A DNA stretch of 59,281 nucleotides, the filler included, from Sphacelaria rigidula (Eukaryota): the NCBI GenBank assembly GCA_964200075.2. It is 6 parts of 6 records of this genome, joined end to end, with 100 filler letters (N's around TTAATTAATTAA, not from the genome) between each part and the next. Parts side by side here need not be neighbours in the genome. Positions count along the whole stretch, not along the records: positions 9,899 to 19,695 come from CAXNAA020007740.1; positions 19,796 to 29,592 come from CAXNAA020007741.1; 4 more parts are not named here. One strand, 5' to 3'. Position numbers and translations under genes: made by a program. Positions 11,702 through 24,865 of the stretch are shown piece after piece. Each line of letters starts with the position of its first letter. Position 1 is the first letter of the stretch. The notes under the pieces were generated by a model. It saw only the letters and a program-made list of their open reading frames with translations, searched no databases and had not been told where the DNA came from.

Positions 11702-12343
11702 TCAAAACGTTTCCAAAATGACGGCTTCCTGTCTGGACGTTAGACCCGCCCCCCTCAGCGTCATTCCCGCCGCTTGCTCATCTCTCGTGAAAACCTTCCG
11801 AGGGTAAGGCATCACCACTCGATAGTGGCCAGGTACACCTCCATGTGCTTCGGCAAAATCTAAAAGAACTCCCAAATCGTCTTCGAATCGAAAACGCCGC
11901 GCAAACTTTCCCTGGGAACTCCTCAACTGGCATGTAAACACTCCTTCCTCGTCTTGGGCGGGCTCTTCGGGGAGTGCGTTAAATTTGGCCAAGCGATGTT
12001 TTTCCGGGTCAAATATGTTCTTCGCAGCAGCTGAAGCGTCGTCGTCATCCGAATCTGAATCCAAATCTGAGTCATCATCCATCGGAGACACGCCACCCAC
12101 GGTCACTGGCGGTTGTGACTTTGACGGCGACAAGCTGTGTCCCGCAGTTCCTAATCCTACTCTTGAAGAAATAGTAGGCATTGACGGCGTGGTGTTGGTG
12201 TCCATGTGCGCGCGTAACGTTTGGGCCCGATCCCGTGCACCCTTCGCTTCGAGCTGTTCTCGAGCTTCATCCGGCAGGTCGAGATCTATTTCCATGTCTG
12301 TGTCGATCACGGTAACCTGTGGCTCCGGCTTCAGCTCCACCAC
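11702..12343 (-). CDS. Ufd1-UBX fusion protein, exon 3 (end of Ufd1 domain, linker, C-terminal UBX domain)
   Basis: Acceptor gcaaAG, phase 0. VVELKPEPQVTVIDTDMEID completes the Ufd1 UT3 domain. LPEEP..QLRSSQGKFARRF..VVMPYPRKVF..TLRGAGL is a UBX domain. Stop TGA. Confidence 0.9.
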   Translation of the reverse strand: MVELKPEPQVTVIDTDMEIDLDLPDEAREQLEAKGARDRAQTLRAHMDTNTTPSMPTISSRVGLGTAGHSLSPSKSQPPVTVGGVSPMDDDSDLDSDSDDDDASAAAKNIFDPEKHRLAKFNALPEEPAQDEEGVFTCQLRSSQGKFARRFRFEDDLGVLLDFAEAHGGVPGHYRVVMPYPRKVFTRDEQAAGMTLRGAGLTSRQEAVILETF

Positions 12344-13223
12344 CTTTGCACGCAGGACATGAAAACGTAGAACGGGAGCACGATCGGGTCGAATTTCAAG
12401 CACGGAAATCGACGAATGCTCAGGTATGAACGGCGCCGCTTGCCCTGTACAACACGTGCGATTCTCACAGATGTGAACGTTCAAGCCGCGGCGGTATATA
12501 TATCGCTGCCGCGGAGTAATACGAACGTCAAACTCAATACAACCTTCGATCGGGCACGTTTTTGCTGTCCACTTTGTCTGTCTGATCTCTCCCCATGCTG
12601 TAGCATTGCTGTATCAAGCTTGGCTATAGGGCACGAGTCATGTATTGCATGTAACACAGCATGAATTATTCATACCGTTCATGTGGGCAAGAATCGAGTT
12701 CCGGTCGGAGAGGTCCATCCAACACTATAATGATCACAAGTCACGAGAATCCTATCTAGAGCGTTCCGGAGGCCTCCCGAGGATTTCCTGTTGCTTCATA
12801 ACAGCACCCGCGGTACAGTGTCAACGAAGCAGGTACTATATTGAGTACAGGGTGCATTTTCTGGCACTTGGGAGTAAAACTACCAAGGTTGTGTTCGGTA
12901 GAGTGTACCCGACAGTGGACGATTTTCGCCTGGTATACGTCCATGATTTGACCACGGTTGGATTCCTGGAGGGTCAGTTAAAGTGCGACAATCAATAAAA
13001 AAAAATCAGATCAAATACTTCACCATACCGACGCGTATAACGACCGTTCCCGTGGGGTTCGGAAGGATATCGAGCCCTGTTCTGAACACTCCGATATGGT
13101 CCAGAAGATAATTAGTTAACCGATGGAACGCCTATTCTTTCAACTTTTGTACATACCCATAGTTTAGCCGGTATATCCACCAGAACACGACCTCGACAAA
13201 ATATGACGGCACTACGACTTCAC

Positions 13224-13820
13224 CTTGAGGCCAAACTCCTTCCCTCGACGCCACACACTCAGGCGGTCCCCCACGGTGAGGGTCGCGTGCTTCTGCATGT
13301 TATGCTCCAACATCGCGCGCAGCTCCGACACCTGCGAGAGGCCCACCGTCTCCGGCACAACCCTCGCGAACGTCGCTTTCGCGAGCCGTACGTATCGCAC
13401 CGTCACGCTCCCGAGTTTCTTCAACATTGCCGTTTCCTCGGCACTCTCTTCATCGCCACCCCTACTTCCGCCGCCGTTCCTACTCGGGACTTGTTGATCT
13501 CCAAGCAGACTTAACATAACTTTCCGGGGTAACCCAATGGTCCCTTCGTCAGCAACAAATTCTAGGACCCCCGCGTGGGTTGTCGCCGTAGGCGCGGGCG
13601 ATCCCGCCTGCATCTGTCCTTTGCTGTTGGGGTCGACGCCACAGGTGAGCTCGAAGAGCATGGGGCCCATGCCGACCGCATCCTGGCGAGAAAGGGAGTC
13701 CAACGCGGAGGGCGGCAGCAGAACCTTGTCGCCCTCCCCCTCGGCGGCCACTGGTCGGAGAGATTCCTTGTAAGCGATACCACCAGTGCGGATCTGGTCG
13801 GCCTGTTCTTGCCTTCGCTC
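13224..13820 (-). CDS. Ufd1-UBX fusion protein, exon 2 (Ufd1 UT3 domain)
   Basis: Acceptor tttcAG and donor AAG|GTGAAG, 597 nt, phase 0/0. Ufd1 motifs GDKVLLPPSAL, PMLFEL, THAGVLEFVADEG, LEHNMQKHATLTVGD. Confidence 0.92.
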
Positions 13821-16800
13821 CTGAAAGGACAACCGCGTGCATCCGAAAATTGGACAAGGTGTGAGATGACTGGTACGAGCACTGCGGGCGGATTTGTGAT
13901 TCGCTGGAAGTTGGAAAGAGGGAGGGTTTTCAGTGTGAGTAGCTTTGTCGCTCTAGTATGGGTGGAGCATCACGCTCAACCAGGCGGTATTCAATCATGC
14001 CTGATGGTTGCGTGCTCATCACGTTCTGGTGGATACTGACCGGTCCAGTTACTCGACCCCAAAAAGTGTCTCGGGAGCAAACATCCCGAGCAGCAGTACA
14101 GTAGAGCATTACACGAAAATTAGGTTCTCTGCTGCCTTACGACCACCTCGGAGACCGCTGTCTGATCCATCATCTGGGCGCTATGGTAATTTCGCACTTT
14201 GTCGCTATATGCCATACAGCCTGGTGGCGGCAGCCAGGGGACGGATTGACAAAACAGAAATAAACAGCACAACTGGATTTCTGCCCGGTTGACGCGAAAT
14301 TTGGTACGTACGTTACTGACACCAAGGCAATAATAATCATATTAATGCCTGTCTCTAAATCCAACTCGTCCTTTTTCAAATGCTATGCCCAAAAACACGT
14401 ATTCCTGAGAACGTAAAAAATAACGAATACAAAACGATTTTCCAACCTCTTGGGATACGTTGACATCGTGCATCTCACGCTCGATATTTGAGAGTTCGAA
14501 CCTGGAATCTTGACGAAAGATGTGCATCGACAAAAGATGGGGTCGGTCTCAGCGGTGTACAGTGGGCGGCGGGATTTGACTCATGGTCAATACACCAGTC
14601 GAGGACTTTGCACCATGAAGACTTTTTCAAATTTCTTCCATTCTTGGAAAGTGCAACCGTGCAAGGACATGGCGGGTAGGGTAACCCTGCGAAAAGTGGA
14701 GATCCGACCCGTGCCCACAGCGGCAGCCAGCCCAGTGCTGCTGTTCCCTCATCTGACGCTCATACGAGTCATTGCGACTGACTTGGGCAGGTGATGTGCG
14801 ACTTCCAAAATACTCAAATATCGGGTGTATCCTAACCGACACTCTAGTGCAACCGTTTTTGATGAATGACATGGCCAACACATCCCGACCCGCTAGGATG
14901 GCGTTTTTGTGAGCTTTGCGCGAGTCCCGACCGTGCAAAAAAGACCAAGTTGAGCCTGTTGCCTTCATTGACCCAAAGGTCCTTCTCTGCTGTGGGGATA
15001 ATCTCGTGAGTGCTGTTAACATAAACACTGGTGGCTTATGCCCCCGACAACAAGAATATGCAAAAAATGACGTATGCGTGTCCAACCCATCGAATATGTT
15101 CGCCATAGGGTGAAGAGCGAACGGACAGACGACCGGGGTCGACCACGAATAAAGCATCAACAATGAAAGCAAGCGATTTGCCCAATTGATTTTCCAACAT
15201 ATAGCTATGTGAATGTTCATTTGCACTGGATACCCTGTGGCCATGCAGACACGCTCCCTTCGATGTTCTTTGCGTGCCGAACAGCATGCATTAAAAAACA
15301 TGAGTTAGAAAATAGGTCATTTAGATGGAGTTCGTCTACATATTTTGCCTCGTGCGTCTTGGTGCTGGACAGCGGGGACACCGGCTATCTGATGTAAAAA
15401 AAAAGCAACTTGCATACCCTTGCTACAAAGCTAAAATCTTCATATATGTTGATTGGCATACAAAGCGAATAAAAGGGGTGTGTCCGCACGGGTGCGGGCC
15501 TTCCAGGAAATATGAACGGCCACGTATCCGTACCTTGGAGTTCGAGATTAGGCAGATCCCGAGCATTCGCTTATACACCACCCCCCAATTTGCCCTGAAC
15601 AAGCACAAGGCTGTTGAAAATCTGGCGCCATATTAGTCACAAGTTGGCTTTGAAAAGGTGAGGTCGCCCTCTTACGGTTTACGAATGACCGAAGCCAGGT
15701 TCTAGATACCACCAACCCTTATGAGACCGGCTCCTTCAAGATCCTCACGAAAATTTTCTCTATTCAATTTTTATTCCGGAAATAAAAGTGGATTCTCCCC
15801 CCCCCCCCCCCGCCCGGAAACTCAATCAAACGGACCAAACTCTCTCCACTCCCCTGAAAAACTCCCCTCATGACCTTCAAATCGTCGAGTGCAGCAACTC
15901 CGTGTGCGGTGCTTTGAAATGGTCATCTCCGTCAGCGAGTATAGCTCGACCTCTCTCTGCCAAAGATCTCACTTCATATTTGAAGATCAACCTGCCACTC
16001 ACTATATCGCGGGCCTGGGGCTATTCCTATTCCAGTCGAATTACATCACAGTTTCATTACTTGATGTTTCGGTGGTGGCAGTGCCATAGAGTTGTAAACA
16101 TCGACGTCTTATGACACCAAACGCAGGAAGCAACGTGGGATGCCTGGTTACTCTGACTTCACGTGGATCTCATCAGAAACAACTCTTGCCTCGACAACCT
16201 CGACAACCTGTAATATTTTTGCAGCTGCATGGATGTAAAGCACTCTTCGTGGAGCTGTATGACAGACCATACGTATTCTTCCGAGCTTGTGCCCGCCGAA
16301 ATACAGCAGATTTTGGGAGAAATATCTCTTACAGGCGTAGATGAACACTCGATACACAGAGCGGTAAGCATGGCAAAAACATTCGGTCCATAGGTGTGCA
16401 ACGGCCTTTGACCATGGCTGAGGGTGGACGCTTCTGCTCTGACGGGGTTCACCCCAGTTGGGCGGCAATTTACCCATGGTTGACACACTTTACAATTGTC
16501 GTCAACCATTACCGTAACCCCAACCCGAGGCATACAGAGAACCCTCGAGCAAGGGGTGTGCATGGGGTTTTTTCCTCAGCAAAGTGTGCATTGGAAAATG
16601 CATCCTGCACACGCTAGGATCACACGGGGACTATGAGCTCCATCGAAAGATCCGATTCTCGTGGTTCACACTCGAATCGACCAATGCCAACCACGGGTAG
16701 ACTGTAGCCCAACTGGGGTAACTCTACTGTCTGTTCTCCAGATACCAATTCTGCCGTGTGCCGACATCTCCGTACGTGCGTGCTACATGTGCTTCTGGCT

Positions 16801-17780
16801 CCATCACCTCTTCTGCTTTTCCATGCTATAACGAGCGATGCGCTGCCGACAGTGGCACAAAGGATCATGACATGGCGTATGCGCGGCTATGGACTTTCCA
16901 TGCAAGGGTAGTTTCTCCACAAAAATATATATTCTGAATATCCCTCAAAGCCCGGCCAGGTGGGGTTTAACTGCAGGTCCGGGTAGCGAAAAGGCTCTTA
17001 ACCCTCGGGCGCGACACCTGACCAAATAAACCTCAAAAGGATTACAGAACATGTGTCAAGAGGCACTGCTTGGAATGAGAAAATTACACAGCCAAGGATT
17101 ACACACCCCGGCACACGAGGGAATGGTGCTCTCAGAGAGACACGAGCTGCTCAGCTAGAGCATTGAGGTGGGTGGCGTTGAATTTCAGCAAGCGATACTG
17201 TTCCGAAAGGCGACGTCGCAGAGGGTCAAGGGAATCCTCACCTCTTGAACCTGCTTGGGATCACGTTTCCACGGGGCTAACGGCGGAGCCACTTACACAA
17301 TTCTTGACATTTATCTTCGAGACACAGTACTCAGCTTGTGCTGTACCATTACTTCACTACAACAGTGTAGCTATTGTGATGCAACGAGTCACCAGATACG
17401 AGTACGGTCTAGAACTCGGGTGCATTCGTTCACAGCCGGAGTCGAAACGCCCCGCTGCTGCAGGGTACCGCTGTCGGGGTTTGTTGGTTTTTTATTTGCA
17501 ATGCCGTGCGTTGCAGGCTGCGTACATAGTCGCCGCAGGGTAACTCAGGAATGATCGGTTCACCGCATAACACACTGGAGAGCTGCGCCGCCGCAGGTAC
17601 CGCATGAAGAGGCTGTATTGCTGCGAGCGGCGAAGGGTCCGGGTGCCGTGCTCCCTCGCTGTACGGACTGACCAGTTGCGACTACCATTTCGAAAATTGT
17701 GCTCAGCTCTTGAATCGATATAGATTCGCCAGTTCGCTCTGACATGAAACTAGCATACACCTAGCTTGAAGACAGCCCAC

Positions 17781-17969
17781 CTCTTCCTCCTTTCTCCGTT
17801 GATCCAGCTTCCTCTGCCGTATCTGCTCGTCTATCCTGGCCTGATCCCTCGCCGCCGCCTCCCTGGTCCTCTTCTCCTTTTGTATTCGTAGTTTCGCCGC
17901 TTCACGTCGCTTCTGCTGCTCTTTCTGCAGCTTGCTCTGCCTGGAGCTAAGGTTCAAGATATCTGCCAT
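17781..17969 (-). CDS. Ufd1-UBX fusion protein, exon 1 (charged coiled-coil N-terminus)
   Basis: ATG at 17969, 63 codons of E/K/R/Q-rich helix, donor GAG|GTGGGC in phase 0, continuing into ERRQEQ of exon 2. Confidence 0.8.
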
Positions 17970-18397
17970 AGCACTCAGCCCACACGAAAAACTTCACCAC
18001 GTGTCTCTCGTGTTCTATTTTGGTATAAGCGCCAGTCGTGCGTGTTGGCGAGGGCGTAGTAGTGACGCCGTATGTTTTGTCGTTGGGGCGTGTGACTGCG
18101 CGAACCTTCTCGAATTCCTCAGTATCAAGCCCCGAGGGAAAACGCCTGCTTGCACGGGACTGTTGTTATGCTACGGGACTGTCAATCTGTTTTTGATCCA
18201 GAAATATGAAGTATCGAAAAAAACTGTCCGGACTGCACAACAGTATGTATCAACAAACCCCACAGTCCCGCCCAGACACAGACTCGACCAGTCTGTGCGC
18301 ATCCGGACATAGACGAAGCACACGAGTCGTACGCGCTCATGAGACCACGAGTGGCAACCCCATCTTCTGAGGGGAAGAAGAAGATTCTTGAAGCACA

Positions 18398-18605
18398 ATG
18401 GGGAGCGGTAAGGGACGTAAAGGCGGCGGCACAACGTCGGCTTCGTTTACCCCTTCCAAGACCGGTAGCCCGAAGGCAACGACTTCGGCCAGCAAAAGGT
18501 CACAGCAGCAGCTGTTACAAGACAAGAGGGAGGCGGAAGGTGGATGGTCAGCTCGTATCAAAGTTCTCGCGTCCTCAACCCTGGGAATTTCCGACCGGGA
18601 CGAAG
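18398..18605 (+). CDS. Probable first exon of an unidentified gene, divergent from the Ufd1-UBX gene
   Basis: acaATGG start, MGSGKGRKGGGTTSASF... low-complexity N-terminus, donor GAAG|GTACAT. Confidence 0.45.
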
Positions 18606-19695
18606 GTACATCTGCATGGACTGTGTCAGCAATTTTTGCTGGGGGACGGTGGTGCTGGACCTCAGCTTGTGCACTCTCTGTACTGTAGTACAGTATATTC
18701 CAAGGGCAGGCCGGGTAGGGTATACGAGCTGGGCCAGCCTAATAACGGATTTGAGCTCTAAAAGCGATATCTCAACGACACAGACGAGTTGGGCCGTGAT
18801 CCGCATATCGTATTAATCGTCTAATCAAGGGGAAGGTGCCCACCAGCTCAAAAATCTGGGCCAATATTTTTCTCGTCGAGTAAACCCCATTTATTGTAAT
18901 TCCTATACCTAGCGGAGATGGCGTCCACACTAGAATCTATATGAAACCCCGAACGATCGATCAAGCGGGTGATGACGATTTTTGGTGCGGACCTTCCCTG
19001 GAGCACGGGGAGACGATAGATACCCTCACTTTCACCTAATTCGTTATCTATCTCGAGAAATGGCGCACATAAGGCTCTATACTAAAATCAGTATATTATG
19101 AGCAGAGGCACTCGATGACCTAAATCTGGATATCGCGTCTCAGTTTTTGAGAGCTGTGCTATGAAATTTGATATGGAGAACCAGTAGCGCATAATGAAAT
19201 CATAAACACAGCTTTTCCGTTTTTTTTTTCGTTTTTTTCTCATCTTTTTTCGTGTTTTTAGGGGGGGTTTGAGGAGAAATGAACATTGCTCTTGGGCCTT
19301 GTCTCATTTTTTCAGCTCAATTTCTAGAATTGTGATTTGAAACTTGGCATGGAGAACGACAGAGGTATGCTGAGTAAAAAAAAATAATGGGCCTGTATTA
19401 TTATTATTTTTCATGAGAGGTTCGGGCGTTCTCGGAAAAAAATGATCGTTACCATACTAAAACGCCCTCAATCAGTGAAAAAAAGTAATAAAACCCAACC
19501 TCACCCATTTTTCTTGGTTCATCACGACCTAGCAAGGTCCCGCACAAAGTTTCAACCCACAAACACCAAACGTGGGCCGATAAACGGCCTGCAAAATACT
19601 GTTCCGAATTTCCCCCGCCTCGGTTTTTTAAATGTAAATTCGCAATTTTTTTCTTGAAGTTGGAAAGTGAGATTTGGTATGGACAATCAACAGTG

Positions 19696-19795
19696 NNNNN
19701 NNNNNNNNNNNNNNNNNNNNNNNNNNNNNNNNNNNNNNNTTAATTAATTAANNNNNNNNNNNNNNNNNNNNNNNNNNNNNNNNNNNNNNNNNNNN
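19696..19795. other. Artificial contig spacer
   Basis: N44-TTAATTAATTAA-N44. Confidence 0.98.
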
Positions 19796-20189
19796 GGATA
19801 TCGTTAAGGGCTCGTACAAACATAACGATACAGACTTATGGGACAGAGGGAGTATGTCATCTTCTTTACCATTCTCCACACCTTTCCTCTGATCCCAGCT
19901 ACCCACAACGCTTTCCACAACCCATTTCTCCATACTGTGCCGAAAGCCTTTTGCACGCCCGGAAAGAAACAGTACGCTGTCAGCCCGACGTCTTTCCTAC
20001 CCTGAATAATATTACTTCAAGTAGTCGACTGGGTTTGTGTGACGTGAGTTGACGCGGTGCGGGAGTGCTGACCCAACCCGCGAGACCGGAATGAAAGGCA
20101 CGTACCCGGGGAGAGATGGGTTGATCCCTTGAGACCATGGATTCATCCCGAGGAAGGGCAGAGGTTCAAAGTGTGAGGAAAACAAAAAG

Positions 20190-21604
20190 TGTGTACACAT
20201 GGTCTACGCGAGTACGGTTTGGTCTGAATCGTACTTGTTCCTCGCTGGATTTTCTCTTCATTTTTAGGCATCGCTCCTACTCTATCGTTCAGAATCTTAC
20301 AGAGTGCTTTCCTCACCGTGCTCAGTGGCGCTATCCCTTCAATTTCCTGAGTCAACCTTGTCTTTTTTTTTCGAAGAGGTTGACGACTACTCCTTCTCTC
20401 CACCTCTTGGACGTGTACCCGTTTCCCCAGATCCAGTTATACAACATAACCAACATGGTAACCATTCCTTCTCCCCCGTACTTTAGAAAGCCATTCACTA
20501 TTCCGTCTGCCCCGGCTGCTTTTCTGTTCTTGAGTTTAGCTACGCACTTCTTTACTCCATATCTCGTAACTCTCTCTGAAATTCTGTCGAACCTCTTTCC
20601 TCCTGTTTCGACGTCTTCACATTTGCTTCTGCCCACGCGTCGAGTTTTCGTTCGACCTCTATGTCAAACTCCGTGGTTGTCTTTGGTGTTCTCAGTTTAT
20701 GGTAGTGCTCGACTACTCTCTCTTCTCCTTCGAACTGCTGACCATTTTACTGTTCGAACTGCTGACCATTTTACCGTTCTGTGTCAGAAGCGTAGCTATC
20801 CCCTTGTCCATATTCCCTGCCTGGTTTCCCCTAATCCCTTTTATCCCTGCCCACATTTGTTTCATCCAGTCATCGAAATCTTATTTTGTTTTTCCCACTA
20901 CATCTTTCCATACTCCCTTCTTTTTCTGCTGTACCATTGTTTTCACTTCCTTTCGAGCTTTAGTACACTCCTCTCATCCTCCCACAGTTTTGCTTGACAT
21001 CCATCTCGCGTGGACCTCTCTCCTTACTCGTCGAACCTCTTTCACGTCCTCATCCCACCATATTACTGCTCTGTTGCACACGATCAGTTTCTCCCCTGTG
21101 GCTTTGCTCGCTGTGTTCTTGACCAGCTGCTCCTATCCTTCTATGATCTTGGCTCCAGGCCGATTTATTTCCATTTCGGTATCAACTGTACCTACGCGCT
21201 CCAACATTTCGGAAAAGGTCACTGCAGTTTTGGCCATCTCTTCTTGGAACTCTTGCGGTTTTTCTTCCGTATCTAGTTTATCGATTCTCCATTTGTACAA
21301 CTCCCCACTCCTCCTATTTCTTTTAGCTCTCGTCCGTTGGCTTTCTATCCATACTAGGCGATGATCTGTGGTTCCCACGTCCTCCAGGCGTACATGTATT
21401 CCCATTTCTTTACTATTTGTATGCTCTACCACTATATAGTCAAGAACGGAGCAGTTTCTCTCGTCTTTGCAGTTTCCAGCCCATGTCCGTTGCGCCTCTC
21501 AATTTAGTACTCTATCGTTCAGCGTCTTCATTTCGTCATTTTCAAGGAACTTCAGCATTTCTACCCCATTCGTGTTCTTCTTACTAGTATCTTCGCCGTA
21601 TTGT
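20190..21604 (-). mobile_element. Degenerate LINE ORF2 fragment (end of APE endonuclease, tower, start of reverse transcriptase), RTE-like
   Basis: Frameshifted motifs NTNGVEMLKFL, SVLDYIVV, TTDHRLVW, KLKNRKAAGADGIVNGFLKYGG, WREGVVVNLFEK and LSTVRKALCKILNDR. Confidence 0.9.
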
Positions 21605-22574
21605 GTCATGAAGATGTATACTAGCCTGTTGTCATGCCGCTTCAGACCCGTTGTCGAAGTCTGGCTTTCGTCGTCAAAGTCTGGCTTTCGGTGATATTGG
21701 GAATCCCGGGAAATAAATAATCCCGGTAGACAAGGCTACAGGTCTGTTCAGAGTTGGTCGGATACGAATGTGAACCTGTATAATTACAGGGATGGCTTTG
21801 TCTTTGATCGTGCTTCACGATCAAAGCCCCCCCCCCCATCAAGCACTATCAACTGCTCCCATCTGCTAGCCAGCAAAAGGAAGTCTAACCATCGGTGAGA
21901 GATATTGGCTGGTCTGGGTTGCATTGATTGAGTGGTATCGGAGTTAGAATCAAGATAATTAACAGAGAAGTCAAGAACCTATTGCGTAAACCTCGGCTAA
22001 CATCTGGATATTGAGCAGGTTGCACGGCATCCACAAGTTGTAACAGCCTGACGGGTAGTACGCTTGCCTGCCAAGATTGTGCATTAGGTTGCAAGCTGTG
22101 TCCTTGCATTTATACGGCCGCTTGATCTTTATCACAATCGCCCAATTATTCCATCCGGTTTCCCAGCTCTTGCTACACACGCGGCCATTCGGCTACGCCC
22201 ATAAACATCCTCTATCGCGATTTTCATCCTCTCGAGGGTAAAGTGACCGTCCGGAGGATAAAAATACCCTCTAGAGTGTATTTCATACTCAGTTCCGGTC
22301 ATAAAACGAATCCTCTGGAGGGCAACTGATGCTCCAGTGACTTCTGGGGTCTGAATCCCTCCAGCGTACCAAAAATATGGTGCCCTAGAGGGCTGCGCAT
22401 CCTCCAAGTTCCTCGAGAGGGTGCGCGGCCCTCCAGAGGCAAAACAAGCCTCTGGAGGCGTTCGATCTCCCTCTGGAGGGCCGCGCACCCTCTAGAGGCG
22501 TTTGAGTCCTCTGGAGGCTCGAAAAGTTGACCGGAACAGAGTATTTTGGGGGGTAGCCGAATGGCCGCGTGTGT
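21605..22574. mobile_element. Unidentified insertion of about 970 bp splitting the LINE endonuclease, with a CTCTGGAGG/CTCTAGAG minisatellite at about 22300-22520
   Basis: LINE coding motifs stop at GDLNARV (about 22575) and resume at QYGED (about 21604). The intervening sequence is unrelated. Confidence 0.55.
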
Positions 22575-22870
22575 ACCCTTGCATTCAAATCTCCTGCTAG
22601 TATTACTCCTCTTTGCCTGATATATATAAAGTACATCTGCTGCTATCTCTCCAAACGTCCGTTGTATATTGTTTATCCTACTCTTCGATTCTGGGGGCAT
22701 GTAGATGTTTCACACGAAGAAGTCCTTCGTTCCCCGCTCTCCTGGTACCCTTAGCCATATGCTCTCGTCGAATTTCGTGTCGTCGATCACTTCTATACTG
22801 TCACACAGATATTCCTTGACTCAGAATCACAGATGTTGGTTGGGAAACACGAACAAATAGTTTTGTCCTA
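22575..22870 (-). mobile_element. 5' part of the same LINE APE endonuclease
   Basis: ESIWLRVPGERG, IYMPPESKS and VILAGDLNARV (APE-family motif). Confidence 0.85.
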
Positions 22871-24021
22871 AAGTATTTTCACCCATGTAAGAAACGATAG
22901 CGGAACGTATCGCACATGAAAGAATACTCGATTACAAAGCCAGATGGAGGGAGGTGGGAGAAATAAAGAAAACATGATTCCCGCGAAATAGTCCGAACTT
23001 TGTCTAACGAAATTTCGGTGCGGAGTCCATCGGTCACTTGGCCAATATCAAGGCCTGCTGTACTGCAGTACTGTATTAGTTTTATTGTAGTACCATTGTA
23101 GTGCTACATTCTTCGTGTTGTAGTCTTTGTACTATTGCACCGACGACTCTCGAAGGTGGACACAAGCACGGCGGCAGATTGCTGTGCACTATAGAAGCGT
23201 ACAACGATCCCCCCCTCTTTTCAATGGTGCTCTCCCAAACGAAGCATCGTAGTATCTGTTTCGGAGTGCTCGTCCTGCTTCACTCACCAGTAGTGCAGCA
23301 CATATTTGTAAAAGCGAGAAGTACATAATGAGACATGCACATTCCTCGGCTTTCCAACGACACCAGTCACGCAACGATAACCCAATGCGGAGAAAACTGC
23401 AATGCATTCCGTTTTCGAATGAAATTCGGTTGTACTTGTTATTGACCCTGTTCTATTGCAGTGCGTCACATACATATGGACACATAATACGAACTCTTGA
23501 CGCTTGACTCCAGTATTGCAAGTTTACTCCTCAGTATGGCTGTTTCGACCGATATTCCACATCATATGTTGTTGCCGAAGGTCTTAACCTTTCGCAAAGT
23601 CTACGGTATCTAACCCCTAGACACGCATTCAGGCAGAAGGACTGTCACCGTGGTGATCAGTTGTTTCTATAATCCCACAATGATGGCAAGAGGAGGGGAT
23701 TGAAGGGCCTCATGAATTCCGTGAGATGGGGTTCAGGGTCACCGATCTTGGAAGCATGCTCTCCATTGATGTATACTGCCTCCTGCCTGGAGGTAGATAC
23801 TATCAAGATAATACAAATCTCACACATTTACGTTCTTTGTATTTCGTGTTGCAAAAATGACCATGAATAGTGATTGATATCTGTCGTGATCGTCATTTGT
23901 CCTGGCAATCACTCCTCACTGCCATCGGTTGGTATCCAAAGAGCTACCATCGTTTCAGCACATGTTCTTCTCCGTGAAGGACTCTAAGTTTCCATTTTTG
24001 TTGGTTCACAAAGATGCACCT

Positions 24022-24221
24022 TGTAATGCGTGAGAGGACCGCGCCATAGTTCAAAAGACCTAAGGATCGACGTCTTTCAAAACCAATCGGGTCAGTCCCT
24101 GCAGGTACCACGCCCCTGACCCTAATCCCAACACAAACCCAACCCTTACCCTGGCCCTAACCATAGTAGTGTTCAAATTCCGATGCGGTCCTCTAAGCAC
24201 GCGGTCCTCTCACGCATGACA
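24022..24221. mobile_element. TGT..ACA MITE, copy 1
   Basis: TIR TGTAATGCGTGAGAGGACCGCG, 5-bp TSD CACCT, internal CCCTAA-like repeats. Confidence 0.85.
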
Positions 24222-24751
24222 CACCTAATGTCGTTCAAGCACATTTCTCTTGAAAGCAAGCTTGTCTTGGCTTTTTGAGCTGCAGCGTCAACATACGCGC
24301 TCATTCACTAGTCATTACCTCTACCGAGATATCACACGAAACCCCTCAGCGGTTGTGAGCTTGCACCGAGCGGTTCCAGAAGCAAGCAACAGCTGACGTC
24401 AACCTCAGATGCAGCATGTTACGGTAAACTACTAGCAGTACCCGTGCGGTGCAGCTGAGCGGGTCACTCTGTTTTTGTCAAGAAATTTAAACTGTGAACG
24501 TGCTCGAAAAACGTACACGCAGCTGGTGACAGTGGTTCATGCCAATAAGGGAATTCGCCTGGCCGCACGTAACCACGCGTAACACGTGGGGCTTTGATGC
24601 AGCGTATGAGTCGCTCATGCGGAGGGTGCGAATAACATCGCCGTAAGTTACAGTATACTCTCCAGACACCAACACCAACACGAATGTTCAATCGCTCGCG
24701 GCGCAAGGCACACACACAGACAAAACTCAGGAACAACCGGCTCATACATAC

Positions 24752-24865
24752 CTACGGCTGCGCTGTTCTGCTGAGGATTTATGTAGCTCAACGAAGAAAT
24801 ACGTCATCGGCAAAGTGATGACCGCCAACCCGGCTCCGACCAAATTAGGAAGCAAATACGGGAAC
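24752..24865 (-). CDS. MFS transporter (ZIFL1-like), fourth visible exon
   Basis: Acceptor ctcAG and donor AG|GTATGT. Encodes (R)FPYLLPNLVGAGLAVITLPMTYFFVE. Phase 2 matches the previous exon. Confidence 0.85.

Noticed and set aside
20137..21364. 286-aa and 221-aa plus-strand ORFs
   Set aside because: They are antisense shadows of the minus-strand LINE ORF2.
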